This document shows, piece after piece, positions 15,179 to 28,173 of a DNA stretch of 64,000 nucleotides. Each line of letters opens with the position of its first letter. The stretch's first letter is position 1. Under the pieces are notes generated by a model. That model did no database searches. It saw only the letters and a list, made by a program, of their open reading frames with translations, and had not been told where the DNA came from. The position numbers and the translations under genes are program-made. Source of the DNA: Lytechinus pictus (lineage: Eukaryota); the NCBI RefSeq assembly GCF_037042905.1, contig NC_087247.1, positions 29,202,001 through 29,266,000 of the forward strand. Reading direction: 5' to 3'.

Positions 15179-15683
15179 AGGGGAAGTTCACCCTGAAAAA
15201 AGGGTTTGTTGTAAAAATGGCAGAAAATAAAAATAAAAACATTGGTGAAGGTTTGAGGAAAATTCATTTAAGATTAAGAAAGTTATTAGAATTTTAAGTT
15301 TTGGATTTGTGACGTCATAAACGAGCAGCTGCCCCATATGTTATTTAATATAAAATGCGTGAATTTCTTCTTCTTTTTCTTGTATTGTTCCTGATGGCTC
15401 ATTTTTTTTCTTTTCAGGGAACAGGTTTGAAATGATTTGTTTATTGGTATACTGAAGGTGCAGTAAAAAACATTTTCAATTTTCTGAGAAAATGACATTT
15501 GATTGATTATTTACCATATGAGATGTATGAAAGCTACTCGTATATAATGTCACAAATCAAATAATTAAAATTCGAAGAACTTTTTTCTTCTTTTATGGAT
15601 TTTTTCTCAAACCTTTAGCACTATTTTAAACCATTTTTCCTGCTATGTTTACAACAGTCTTTTTATCAGGGTGAACTTCTCCT
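15179..15683. mobile_element. Kolobok-like MITE
   Basis: ATAA|AGGGGAAGTTCACCCTGA ... TCAGGGTGAACTTCTCCT|TTAA. Confidence 0.8.
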
Positions 15684-16620
15684 TTAAGACTGGAACAAGA
15701 AGACTAACCACAGTTTCAAGGAAAGTTAGGACAAGCTCAAAATCAAATTTAACATGTAATCAATGTTATTATGCAGAGTAGATGCGGTTTTGTTTAGGTA
15801 ACTGTATATTCTTTCTGCGTCCCTTTTACGGTACCCTTTTGCTGGGTTTATTTCAATTTTTAATCTTAATTTCCAATTTCAACAATACATTTACAAAAAC
15901 AAAAACAGCAGTATGAATATAGAACATGGACATCAATATACATCTATACAGATAAATATAAAATGAACGAAGTTAATCTATTATTTTGCTTTATAAATTT
16001 AATTTGAATTATGATAATTGATGGGATGTGATTGGGACATAAATCAACGGCGAGATAATTGACCTAGTTTGTAGACAAAACAATTAAATCATACATTTTA
16101 AGCATTGATACCTAAATTAAAAAAATAAGACATTTAAGTACAAATATAAGTTTAAATCGGGTTGTATAAGATGTATACAATCTGGTTAATTTTGATAAGG
16201 ATTAAAAAGTAAAAACAAGCGAAATAAAACTTTTGAGCAACTTGATATTATTTTTAACGACAGAGACTACATAACATGGAGAGCCCTACCCCTCTCTACC
16301 GGTAGAGTCGTGGTAGCCTATACTATCTGTACCTCATACGCATACAATCAAGGGCAGCGCCTGTGTATTTCGAGGAGGGGGAGGCAAGACGTCCTAAAGA
16401 TGACATAATACAATTTTTTTTCATTGAATTACAGGGTTATTATGTCCAGACCAATCCTCTTTATACTCTTCGTCCTCCTTTCTTCTCTTTTTATCCTCTT
16501 TCCCCTTATTTTTCCATCACTTTAAAAATCGGGGGGGGGGGCGGGGGTCCTGCCCCTCTGTGTACAATAATACCTAGTATATGAGACAGACTCAATGTTT
16601 AGCGCGTCAATAGATCACTA

Positions 16621-16926
16621 GGGAGTTTTCGCTGAACGATGTATGGTGGGGTCAAGAACAGAATAAATGTATTGAAAAATGCCCGTCAAATGACAAAGAA
16701 CAACCGGGATGACTTTGTCGAAAATTGGTTAACCGGAAAAGCAGTTTCAGTCGTCCTAAGTGTCGGAGATGACGGGAAAAAATGCAAATGCGTCTTAAAT
16801 GCTGTTTTGATTCACCATTTCCTTTTTACAAAGACCTCCCAGCTATTCATTGTCATTTGGCGGGCATTTTCAATACATTTTCTGTGTTCTAGAATCCTCC
16901 TTACGTCTCTCTGAGTGAAAACTCAC
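16621..16926. mobile_element. Palindromic MITE (PIF/Harbinger-like); related copy at ~35515-35830
   Basis: GGGAGTTTTCGC...GTGAAAACTCAC termini with long internal inverted arms (AAATGTATTGAAAAATGCCCGTCAAATGACAA), shared with the 35.5-kb copy. Confidence 0.65.
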
Positions 16927-16974
16927 TAAGAACTCACAAAACAGACAGATCAGCGTAACGAAATATTCACGCAC

Positions 16975-17239
16975 CAGGGCCCCATTTTACCAAGAGTTGC
17001 GATTAATCCAATCAATCGTAGCTCTATGAAAATCCATCAGTGTCATAATTTTTTTTCCACAGGAAATTTGGACAATGTCCTTTGTAAACAAAAAGAAGCA
17101 CAGTGAATTTTTAAGAAAACAATGAATGCATGAATATAAATCATAGTTAGAAATATTTTGAACAAACATGCATATTTGTTTGCCGTCCATAGTTGTGATT
17201 GATCGGATCAATCGCAACTCTTTGTCAGACAGGGCCCTG
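16975..17239. mobile_element. MITE with CAGGGCCC termini
   Basis: CAGGGCCCC...AAGAGTTGCGATTAATCC vs GGATCAATCGCAACTCTT...GGGCCCTG. Confidence 0.7.
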
Positions 17240-18046
17240 AGCCTCCTCCTTAATTAAACGTCTCCATTGGAATTTGGAGGTTAGCAGTGTCGTGTTATAT
17301 CTTGAAAGAAGTGGTGTTATGTACACAGTAAGCACTTAAGGACGTTCCACAGTTATGTTTGTGCGCATTATGATCTGCGCATAGTTAAGGACGTTCCACA
17401 GTTATGTTTGTGCGCATTATGATCTGCGCATAGTTTACACTCTGCGCGCTGACGTCACAATGGATGAACAGGTGATTAATTAGCTGCGGGTATGTGCTGA
17501 TTTTTCTCATCTTCTGCACTTTAACTGCAGATCCGATGCGTTATTTCATGAAGCTAAAACATGGAATTATTCCATGGACCATTCAAAAAAAGATTCTCTA
17601 CAATTTCAAAATACTTTACTCTGCAGTGCTGCCAAGAATCACGAATATTACCCCGAGTTTGAATAAAAGGTAGAGTGGTTTTGATTTTTTCTTCACATAG
17701 ATACAAAGCATTCGGCGCATTTTTGGTGTTTTAAAAAGCACATTTGCTCTATTAAAAATACTGATAGTTTAAAAACAAGCACATGAACCCCTATTTTTTA
17801 ATGTTTGTTCCTCTTAGGTATACCTTCCTCTACAACTCTACAAATTTTGGTGAAAATGACATGGATTTTGAATAAAGTGCAGCATTTATTGTACTTTTGT
17901 AGTTTGTTACTGAAATTTCAAATTTTTTAGATTGGGATTTTGTTATATTTTACGCCATTTTTAAGAACTGACAGTGCTGTTAAACTTAAAATTGCAAACA
18001 AATAGCACTATAAATATATTCTCCATTCTAACGATACAATTATTAA

Positions 18047-21000
18047 AGGGATTGTTTCACTTTGTGAGCAATTTAAAAAATTATCATATTGCTTTTTGAA
18101 AATGGTATGAACATTTGACTAACAGCTCAAAAATACCCATGTGAAAGTTTGGGATCATAACATGTTCGGGAAGTGTTTTTAAAAACTGAAAATCTGAGGC
18201 AATGTTTGAAGAGAAAAATGCACTTCTCGACGGTTGATTCATGATTCTGTTTCAAATTTAAATCGATATTATATAGCGCCACCTTGTGATGTATGCAAGA
18301 AAGTAGGCGGAGCTTACCACGGGGAATTTCGCTTCTTGCGAATTGCGTGATCTGTGGGCGAAGTTAGTTTGTTTTGGGTTTTTTCTGTGTCTCCGCTCGG
18401 TGTGTGCGATAAGCGATCGATGCATGTGCGTTGCTTATTGCCTGTACTGTGTGAAAGGGTGTAGCTAGCTGTGTGTGTCGCTTGTGCATAACATTGGGGG
18501 AATATCATAGGTCTATGATCATACTGTCAAACTGTGTCGAACTCGTGAATGTCCATTCCGTCTGTGGTCTGTACATTTGAATATGCTACATGTATGCCTC
18601 ATAATGAACTTTGTAGACTTACAGACCATGGGATTTTGATGAATTTATATTTTGGCGACGTAAATTAGTAGCAAATAAAACGACAACAACAGAAAAGAAC
18701 GCGACAAACCGGGGCTACAAATACAATCTCGGATCTACAGTGTAGAGTAATAGTAGTTTTTTTTTTGGATCATGGGGGCCGGGGATGGAGCGTGATTTTC
18801 CAGAAGCTATATTGTGCCCCCCCCAAAAAAAAAAATCCCCTCTGTTCTTTTCTTTAGTTTACCTTTGCATGCACTACAAGATATATCCTTGTGGTTGTTG
18901 ATAATTCTCTTATACCTGGTCACGATATAGCAAACGTCCGTCGACTGATTCGAGAAGAGAATGCAATATAGCTCCATGTAATGCACTATCATGGAGCTGT
19001 AATATGTATCCGAACTCCACTCTGGTCATGTTACGTCCACGTAGTCACAGGCCTTCGTGTGTCATGTGCATGTTTACATGCACGGGGCATAGCTGGGTAG
19101 GAACTCGGAATAAAGGCAGTGACCTCTCCTTCCCCCCCCCCCCCCCTGGCATGGAAACATCCACCATCGTGGTTTTTTTTTTGCGTGTGTGTGTGTGTGT
19201 GTTTTTACGTTCTCCACGAGCTCCCCCAACAAAGATATTCCCATCCCGGATTTCCCATCCCATCAAAATCTTCGGTAGGCCTATCTCACGTAAGATGCTT
19301 ATGAGAAACTCCCGGGGAGAAACTATATGATCAACATGATCAACGTATTGCCCCCCCCCCCCCCCTCCGATCGATCGGGGCCGGCCTATCCGTTTTGGAC
19401 TTTATTTTGGAACGTGGTAGATAGGGTTGTTGCAAACCCAAAACATCTCAACTCCTAGACCCCGGACTATAATGACTATTAGACCTACAAATTATTATCC
19501 ATAAACTTTGTTGGTTTTTTATTTTTTTTATTTGAATGGTTTTTTTGTAAGGGGTAGGAATCGTATTTAATTTTATCCATGATTGGGGTCAATAATTCTT
19601 TCAGTTTCTCCGCCATATAATCCGCTCATGACATCTTTCAAATCATATCACTTTTCTTTTACATTTTCCATTTCTTTCGGCCGCTCTTTTCTTTTCTTCT
19701 GCTTCCCCTCTCTCGATCCTCCTTCCGTAAATTCTTTACAGTAAAAAAGAAGTCTGATTTTTTTTACACATCCCTGATTACTATATGAACCTTACGTGAA
19801 AATAGTGTTTTGTGTTCTTTTCTAGCTCGTTTACCTGAAAACCTGTAAATTGGTTATTGATTTTCTTCATACAATTTATATGAAACCTCAGCGTATATGA
19901 AGCATCCTTTACCTTCGATCTGGTATTGTTTATATTGGTTGGTTATATTCACGATTAAAAAAATGCATAAATATAAACAAAATAACATTACATAATCAAA
20001 TAATAAAAAAAAAACAATATAACAAATTAACAATATAACAGTAATGAAGCTTACAATGCATGTAATACATAATCGTAGGGATAGACCCGTTTCAGATTGG
20101 CTATTGATAGCCAACCTGTTCTTCCCCGGGTTCCCTAAAAATAAATTAATTAAATTAGCATTACAATATGAAAATTTCTAATAAATACGAGTATAACAAA
20201 TCAATATAAAACAAATGTAAAATAATATATCCTCATGATATCATTCATTTGGGGAAAATAATGAAAAATGAAATAGTGTAATTAGTCACACGTTATCAAT
20301 CACGAAAGTTCCCTTTTCTGCTCGATCCAATCACTGAAACATTCAAATTCCATGGAACAATTAGTCATACATCATCACCACAACTATCACATAACAATAC
20401 ACTTAAATTCGTGTATAATTCGTGTATAATTGTATTTCCGTCGATATTAAAAGGCCGTCTCTAACAGGGTATGACCCCCCCCCCTTCCCATGTCGGGGTA
20501 AGGGGGAGAGGGGGAAAATAGAAGTGAGAATGGAAAAAGTGAGAAAGAAGAAAAGTGGAAGAAGGAAAGAAAAAAAATGAAAAGAAAAGAGGCTGTCGGA
20601 CTGACGCCTACCGGAAAAATGATATAACTGTTGGGTCACGAAGGAATGTTCCATTACTCCGTGTATATATATGCTATACCGACAGTGATTAGAATATACT
20701 GTCACACAGGGCGGTTCTAATTAATTGCTTCATGTTCCGAGAGAGATTTGAATGTATATAGGTTTTAGGTCTAAATCGCGAAGCGCGAGATGATATTTTG
20801 TATATCCTCACCTAAAAATGTATAATGGAGAGTTTTTATCTCCCTCATCAAAATCAGAGCGTGGTGAGAAGCCTTTACAAACCAGAAAATTATATTTCTG
20901 AACTGTTTGCACAAGAATTAATGAAAAGAAAGGTATAAAAATAATGCAAACTCGTAGCTATAGATGAAAAGTTATGACATTTGAGTTTGAAAAACTATTT

Positions 21001-21379
21001 TTTTTTTATAAGGAGTGTTTGTTGGAATTCATGGAGAGAATATAAGTATATCACTAATTAAAAGTTGCACGAATATTCATCCCTGGGTAAAGACATGCAA
21101 GATTATTTTTTTACGTTGAAAAGTGCATTAATGGTACAGAGAACGGGGGTATTACCGTCAGCGGTATTCCTTTTTTCAGCGTCTTAATTCCTTTGCTTTT
21201 TCTATTCATTTTTTCCCTTTCTTTCTTTGCATCTATCTCCCGTTTTTGCACCACTGAAAGTAGCACCCGGGGCACGTGCCTCCATTGCCGCCCCGGCTAG
21301 ATACGCCATGTAATAAAGTCCACTTTTCATGTCGGAAGAAATATCAGCTTGCGCTCCGCGCTCTAATCGATTGTTGAGT

Positions 21380-21410
<31 letters not shown>

Positions 21411-24400
21411 AACATGTACATGTATATATGTATAACATGTACATGTATAACTTCACACATATATATATATATATATATATAGCCATTCTGTTCATGGTTC
21501 CATTGCTTTTTATGTCTTGTTTTAGGTCTAAATCTAGGGGGAAAATCACCTCGCGTCTAATTCTCTAATATGACGTTTCTTCTTTAAATAAAAAACGGAC
21601 TTGAACTTTCCAGTTTTTAGATCTGAATTAAAAAAAATAATAATCAGCTCGCGCTTCGCGCTCGCATTAATTGTTTGATTACATACTCATCCTGGTTATG
21701 ATTTCAAAACGTGGTTAACATGTTCAGTTCTCAATAATACTCATATTGTACATGACAGAAAAAGTGCTTAGATGGTCCGAGTTTCGGGCGGAAAATTAGA
21801 ATTTCTGTTCGCGCTTCATGCACGCTCGCATCATAAAGTTATGCTTATATATCCATCCAATTTATGGTTGAAAATGTGATTCGAATATACATTTTTTAGT
21901 CCCAGATATTGAAAATGTACAACTCGCTCTCGCATTTTATTGATTGGTGAGATTTGTATTACATGTACATTCATGAGTCACTGCAAAACGAATACTTTTG
22001 TAGGTGAGTATATTAAAAATTACTTCTGTGTTTCGCGCTCGCACGAATCTTTTCGTTAGATACGCATCTTCTTCATGATTACAATAACTGCCCAGAATAT
22101 TCAATTCTCAGTTCTAAATAAAAATATACAATAAATTTAGCTTGCATGTGATATATTTAGACCTCATGAGATAAGGTAAGATAAGACTGTATTAGAACTT
22201 CGATCTTTAGTTAGGTCAAGCCCTCTAATATAAAATGAATAAATAAATAAATAATAACGTGAATAATGCCCCCCCCCAAAAAAAAAAAAAAAAAAAAAAA
22301 AAATGATTTTGGCGGCCTATCGGGAAAGTGTGAATGATAATTCCCACCCCTACCTTTAACTGATGAAAGCCTGTACTGCCCTGGGTATGGTGGAAGAAAA
22401 TGTGACTGAGGAGAGTGTTGAACACTTCCAAGACTCATGACGTCGGTACACGTTACCGATATACATTTGTAGAATCAAGGGCTATACCGACAAACATTTT
22501 GAACATTTACGATGGAGTGTAGCTCGTGAGCAAAAAATAAAATAATATAATCACTTTTGAAAATGAACACCACTTCTCCCCCCCCCCTCTCCCTTGCATG
22601 GTTGTGGAAGTTCGTAGTGTTTTTCGTTTGCGCGGGGGAGGGGCTCAAATAAAGGATTATAGGTATGTTCGTTTTGATCACACGAATCAAGCAGTGATAA
22701 TAATACATGGGCACCTTGAGCACCTAACAAGATGGACACGTGTGCTATATATACATTATATTATTTTATTACTATTATTATCATTACTTAGAACTTATAC
22801 GCTACTCGCCCCTCCCACTTCCCTCGTCTCCATTTTTTTTTAGGGGGCCGCAGGTATAGGCATAATCTATAGCGTTCCCGCTCCCCCTTTCAATAATTTT
22901 AATTTTTTTTCATCGTCCATTCTGGAGATATATGATTTCATCTCTCCGATCCGCCTCGTCAGTGTGTAAATGCGCTAGCGTGAAGGGAGGGGGTCGCTAG
23001 CAACCAACCTCCAACCTTGGACAACACAAGAAATAGGAGAAAAAATAAAGGACATTTTAATATTAGAAACGAAAATGTCTGCTATGTTCTTGTTTGTCTT
23101 TTCCCCTGTTTATATTCCATAATGATGTAATGATTTTCATTTCAAGATTTCAAAAATCACATGTTCAGACCCCCCATTCCTCCATGTCCAGGGTTGCACT
23201 TTGTGAATAAGAGAATTCAACCTGGTCACACGTCGTTTTATTTTCGTTTTCAGATCCTTTCATTTTACTTCTCTCTCCCAATTTTCTTTCTTTAGTCATG
23301 TTCGTTGTGTTGTAGAACAATAGAGTGGACTCTTTGACGTCGAAATAAGGTTACCAGACTAACGAAGGGAATGGGAAAGGTAGCGATAAATGGAAGCGAG
23401 GGGAAGGGGCACGCCCTCCTAAATTTTAGATAAGTGGGGTAGTTACCCCCTTAAAAAGGAAGAGGGAAAGAAAGAAAGAAAAAAGAAAAGAAAGGAAAAA
23501 TGTGAAAATAAAAATAAGAAAAAGATGAATATCACATGTTTACTAAAACCAATAATACCAAAATAGCAGTTTTGACAAAGGAAAATACTTAAAATTTAAA
23601 GCAAAATAATCATACAATCAAAAATAAAAAGTTTGTTTTCCGCACCAAAATGAAGGTGTTTGGATCAAACCTGTACATCACCCCCATATAAATCTTGGAG
23701 GTGATTTAGCACCCCTGCTTACAAAGGCCATGTGCATCGGTGTTTCCACAGATCCAAAACAAACTTCTCGAATTTATAGACATTTCCTAGAATTTTTAGT
23801 TTGATTTTAACAAAAATTGTACAAAAATGTAGCCAGCCGAAACTTTCAGCAAACAATTTAAAAAATATAACATGAATGTTGACAGTTGCTATGTTTAATT
23901 ATTGTTTACTTGTAATCTTTGGATTTCCCGAAATTTCCTGCATGGATTTGTTTCATTCGGAACCTTTCCTGGAAAAGGTAAAATTTCCCGAAATTTCGGG
24001 AGGAGTGGAAACACTGATGTGCATCACGGGAATATCTATATATAACCCTTCATAATGCAATGTTATAAGGGGTTATAAGTAATATCACGAACATGCTATT
24101 GAAATAAAAATGTAGGATTTTAATATAAAATCGAAAAACTTTTCAAATTCAACTCTTTGCGTTTACTCGCATTTCTCTATTTTATTACTAAACTTTATAT
24201 GCCCTGTCGCCGAACCCTGCATGTGTCTTTCCACATTTTTTAAAATCGGATTAAAGTGACATTTTTAGATTGGTGACTTCATTTTTTTGTACAAAATACC
24301 ATCTGGACGTCTCAGGATTCTGGAGTTTCTTGGGGCTTTGCTATCTATGCCTAGAGAAAGGGGAAATAGAGAGGAACGATAAGAAAGGATATAAGAAGAA

Positions 24401-26732
24401 GAAAAGTGAATGAAATAAGAAAAGAGGAACGATTTGAAAACAGAAAAAGTAGAAATCATTATACAAAAAAAATCAATCGCGAATATACTTTTTAAAAAAT
24501 CAGCTTGCGTTTTACATGCGCTCTTATCATTATTCAGGAAAATATGCAGCAATATTCCAAAACAGTTTATACAATGTTTCGTATTAAGATCTTAATTTCA
24601 ACAAATATCAGCTCGCTTGGCGTATAAACTTTATACTTACCATAAGACCGTATTTGATTAGAATGACCCGATTCAGCTCTTCATGTCAAAATATTAATAA
24701 TTTTCAACTCGTTCTTCGTGCTCCGCGCACGCACCATTCTGTTGTATAATCAATGCAATTTAATAAGTTTGAATCTCGGGTTTTCAGTTATTTTTTTCCA
24801 AGCAATGTGCTTATAATGACAATCCTCGATCCTGCTAATTGTTAATATCATAATATGTTGGGTGTGGATCATTTGGTGTGTGTGGGTTGAATCATATTTT
24901 TAATAAGTACACTCTATTATTCATGCCAAAATTTTAAACGATATTATGTTTCTTTCGTTATGAAAATGCTAATACGCATTTACGAGAACAATAAATCAAA
25001 TCGAATTGTTTAAGATGAACATACCCTGCGTGATTACCAAAAGTGAGTAGAATGACCCGTTTAAGATGTTCATGTTCATAAAAAAGTTCGCGCTCCTATA
25101 TTTATTTTCAAGGCGAAATATAAAAATAAACATTACCTTGCGCGCTTCGCGCTCGCATCATTAATTTAGGCCATAGTAGGTCCATGATTGTAAGAATAAA
25201 GCTACGATGTACTTAAAATTTCAGACTTTAGTTGCATGGGACACCCCCCCCCCTAAATGATAATAATTAAGCATTTATCAGCCGATGTGGAAGAAATGTA
25301 GATGGAAATATTTCTTACCCCCCCCCCCCCCCCCGAAGTACGTAAAAATATACATTCTGGCACTGGCGGCGGAAGATCATGCTTCAACACCACCGGAACA
25401 CCGCCAATCCAGAATCTAATATGTTTATGCTTTCGCCGCCGGCCACAGAATAATGCAATTATTTTTATGTCCTTTTTATCCCCAGCATATACCTTTATAT
25501 TTTATATATTTTATGCTGCACCAAATCTTTTTATATAATTATTATAAAAATGTTCGTTATACATTGGTTGTTGGGCTGTGCAGTTATGTGTTGGAGGGGG
25601 GGGGCAGCTTTACGTTGTGCAGGGGTGGATCCAGGTTTTTCTAAAGGGAGGAGGCACAATTCATGAGAAAATTTTGAAAAGAAAAAAAAAGGTTTTCATC
25701 TAAAAATTTACAATCTAAAGGTATTTCGCCAAAAATTTGTCAAGCAAAAGAAGAAGAAGAAAGGACCTCGCGTTCAAAGGAAGGGAGTGCATACGTGAGT
25801 AAAATATGGCAGATTTACTACACAAGTTTTGACTACTGCTCTCAAAAAGGTGCTCGGCCCATTAGAGAAACAGTCTTGAATAAATGAAATGTTATAATCA
25901 TGTGACTGCACAATTAAAAATGAATGTCCTGTATTATGTTCATTTTTCGAGCGATATGGGAAGAGTCTTACGTAATACCAAGTAATTTGCATACCCACAT
26001 AAACAACGAAACGTTCACGCATGGGATAAAGCCATCCTTCCCTCAGCTAGCCATGGTCCATGCCTCAGCTCACGACACACGCAGAGCTCGAGAGACCACA
26101 TGTTCTTATTCTATTCTCAAGTACATGTATGATGTTCTGGATCGCACATATTTTATTCTGGTGCTACACTTTCGCTTTATCTTCATGTAATATTAAAGTA
26201 CATCGCCCCAAATTTGCCACGTTACTACCATCCCGGCGAGGAGTCAGTAAGTCTGCATTTTTCTTATCTTAGATGGTCTGTACATATCTTTCGTTGCGCT
26301 ATCAGAATCTGTTTTTCTTCTTTCATACTACTTTCTCTGCTTCGACTAGAACCGTCAAGGCACTATAGAAAAGAGCCAGCAGAGAACATGCGCTGCATGT
26401 AATGTTTACAATTCTCAGTGCATGCCGGCCGGAGCGGCCTTGCCCCCATTCACTATTGGTTGATTGACAGTTCTCGCTTGCGTGTCCGTTACGATCTCAA
26501 CGCAGAGGGAGGCATACAATTTTATTTTCAAATCGGGATGTCACAGTAATTTGGGAAATCGTCTAGTAGACGAGTTCTAATATAATCACATTTTCCTACC
26601 TACTAACAACTTTTCATTCAAAATAAAGATGATTTCTAGGGTTTCTTAGAACAAGTACATAAACTCATAAACATAATTCATCTTAATTTGAGAATTTTTT
26701 AAATCAGCTTCTCACAATGTTAAACGATCCCT
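18047..26732. mobile_element. Kolobok-like DNA transposon (inner, 8.7 kb, decayed, carrying secondary insertions)
   Basis: TTAA|AGGGATTGTTTCACTTTGTGAG ... CTCACAATGTTAAACGATCCCT|TTAA, imperfect TIRs; the flanks rejoin to match the empty site CAATTATTAACTCTCTTGCG at 27162-27181. Confidence 0.87.
21350..22150. repeat. Degenerate array built on GCTCGCGCTTCGCGCTCGCAT (again at ~24490-25160), plus (TA)n tracts
   Basis: The motif recurs at roughly 100-bp spacing; probably the interior of secondary transposon insertions. Confidence 0.55.
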
Positions 26733-27969
26733 TTAACTCTCTTGCGAAATTTGATGACTTTTTCATGTATTTTGACTGAGTAATACAGGTTTAAACTCAT
26801 TGTAGTAATCTTGGGCGGTCTAAAAATGCCAAATTCTTTTGAATGCACAATTCTTAAGAACATCAATTTGGGTGAACTTTGAAGCTCTATAGCAAAAAAT
26901 CAAGCACATGGACCTATGTTAATTTTTGCATATTTCGAATATTAAGGTTCTAAAGTATCTATGTGCAAATTTTGGTGAAAATGACATGGATTTTGAATAA
27001 AGTGCAGCATTTATTGTACGTTTGTAGTTTGTAACTGAAATTTCACATTTTTTAGATTGGGATTTTGTTATCTTTTATGCAATTTTTAAGAAATGGCAGT
27101 GCTGTTAAACTTAAAATTGCAAACAAATAGCACTATAAATAGATTCTCCATTCTAACGATACAATTATTAACTCTCTTGCGAAATTCGATGACTTTTTCA
27201 TGTATTTTGACTGAGTAATAGAGGTTTAAACTCATTGTAGTAATCTTGGGTGGTCTAAAAATGCCAAATTCTTTTGAATGCGCAATTTTTAAGAACATCA
27301 ATTTGGGTGAACTTTGAAGCTCTATAGCAAAAAATCAAGCACATGGACCTATGTTAATTTTTGCATATTTCGAATATTAAGGTTCTAAAGTATCTATGTG
27401 CAAAGTTTGGTGAAAATGACATGGATTTCACTTTAACTGTGGAACGTCCTTAAAAGACTGTAAGGACAAAGACTCGCTTATATAGCGCACGGAGGACTAC
27501 CTCCGCGCTTATGAAACGTCTTAGAAGACGACTGTCCCCATTTTAAACTTTTCAACCTGAAGCTTTCATGGTGTTTACGAAAATGAACCATGGGAAAAGA
27601 AAATGGACTTTACATTAAATTGAATTGTAAAAACAATCGTCGAATGAGACATTTTTTATTTGTGAAGAGTGTTGCATTCATACGATAAGGCAGTTGTATT
27701 ATGAATTTAATGATTAGGCATATATATTTTTTTAGTGATTGACCGGATTTGCATATTCTCTCATTATTTTTTTATGTGAAATGTTTTTTGTATCTTCCTA
27801 TTTCAACCGTGTTTTTTTTTATTTAGTAAACTACATGTGCGTATAGTTGAAATGAATATAATATGATCTACACTAATTGTATAATTGCATTCTGCCTAAC
27901 GTATATTTGTTAAGTCGAAATGAATATAGGTATTTCATACTAATATAGCATTCTGCCTAACTCTAACAG

Positions 27970-28173
27970 AATCTGAAGGAACGTGCACAGTGCCCTCCTA
28001 TTCGTTTCCTCTCAACACGACATCGCCTAACTATTGTGCAGCCGGGTCCGAGGTCGAACCCCTCACCGAGTGCACGTACGACTGCGATCAGACGGGGTAT
28101 ATTCTGGACGGCGAGGCCACGACGACGTGCTTGATCGTCGGAACATTCTCATCGAACTCACCGACATGCAGAG
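27970..28173 (+). CDS. aGPCR exon: Sushi/CCP domain (6-Cys type), phase 1-1
   Basis: ctaacAG|AATCT...AGAG|GTatga, 204 bp; [48 protein letters not shown]. Confidence 0.88.

Larger units (their letters stand above)
17340..27449. mobile_element. Non-autonomous Kolobok-like DNA transposon (outer), TTAA TSD, internal 435-bp tandem units
   Basis: TTAA|GGACGTTCCACAGTTA ... TAACTGTGGAACGTCC|TTAA, perfect 16-bp TIRs; TTAA TSD with purine-purine termini is the Kolobok hallmark. Confidence 0.85.
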
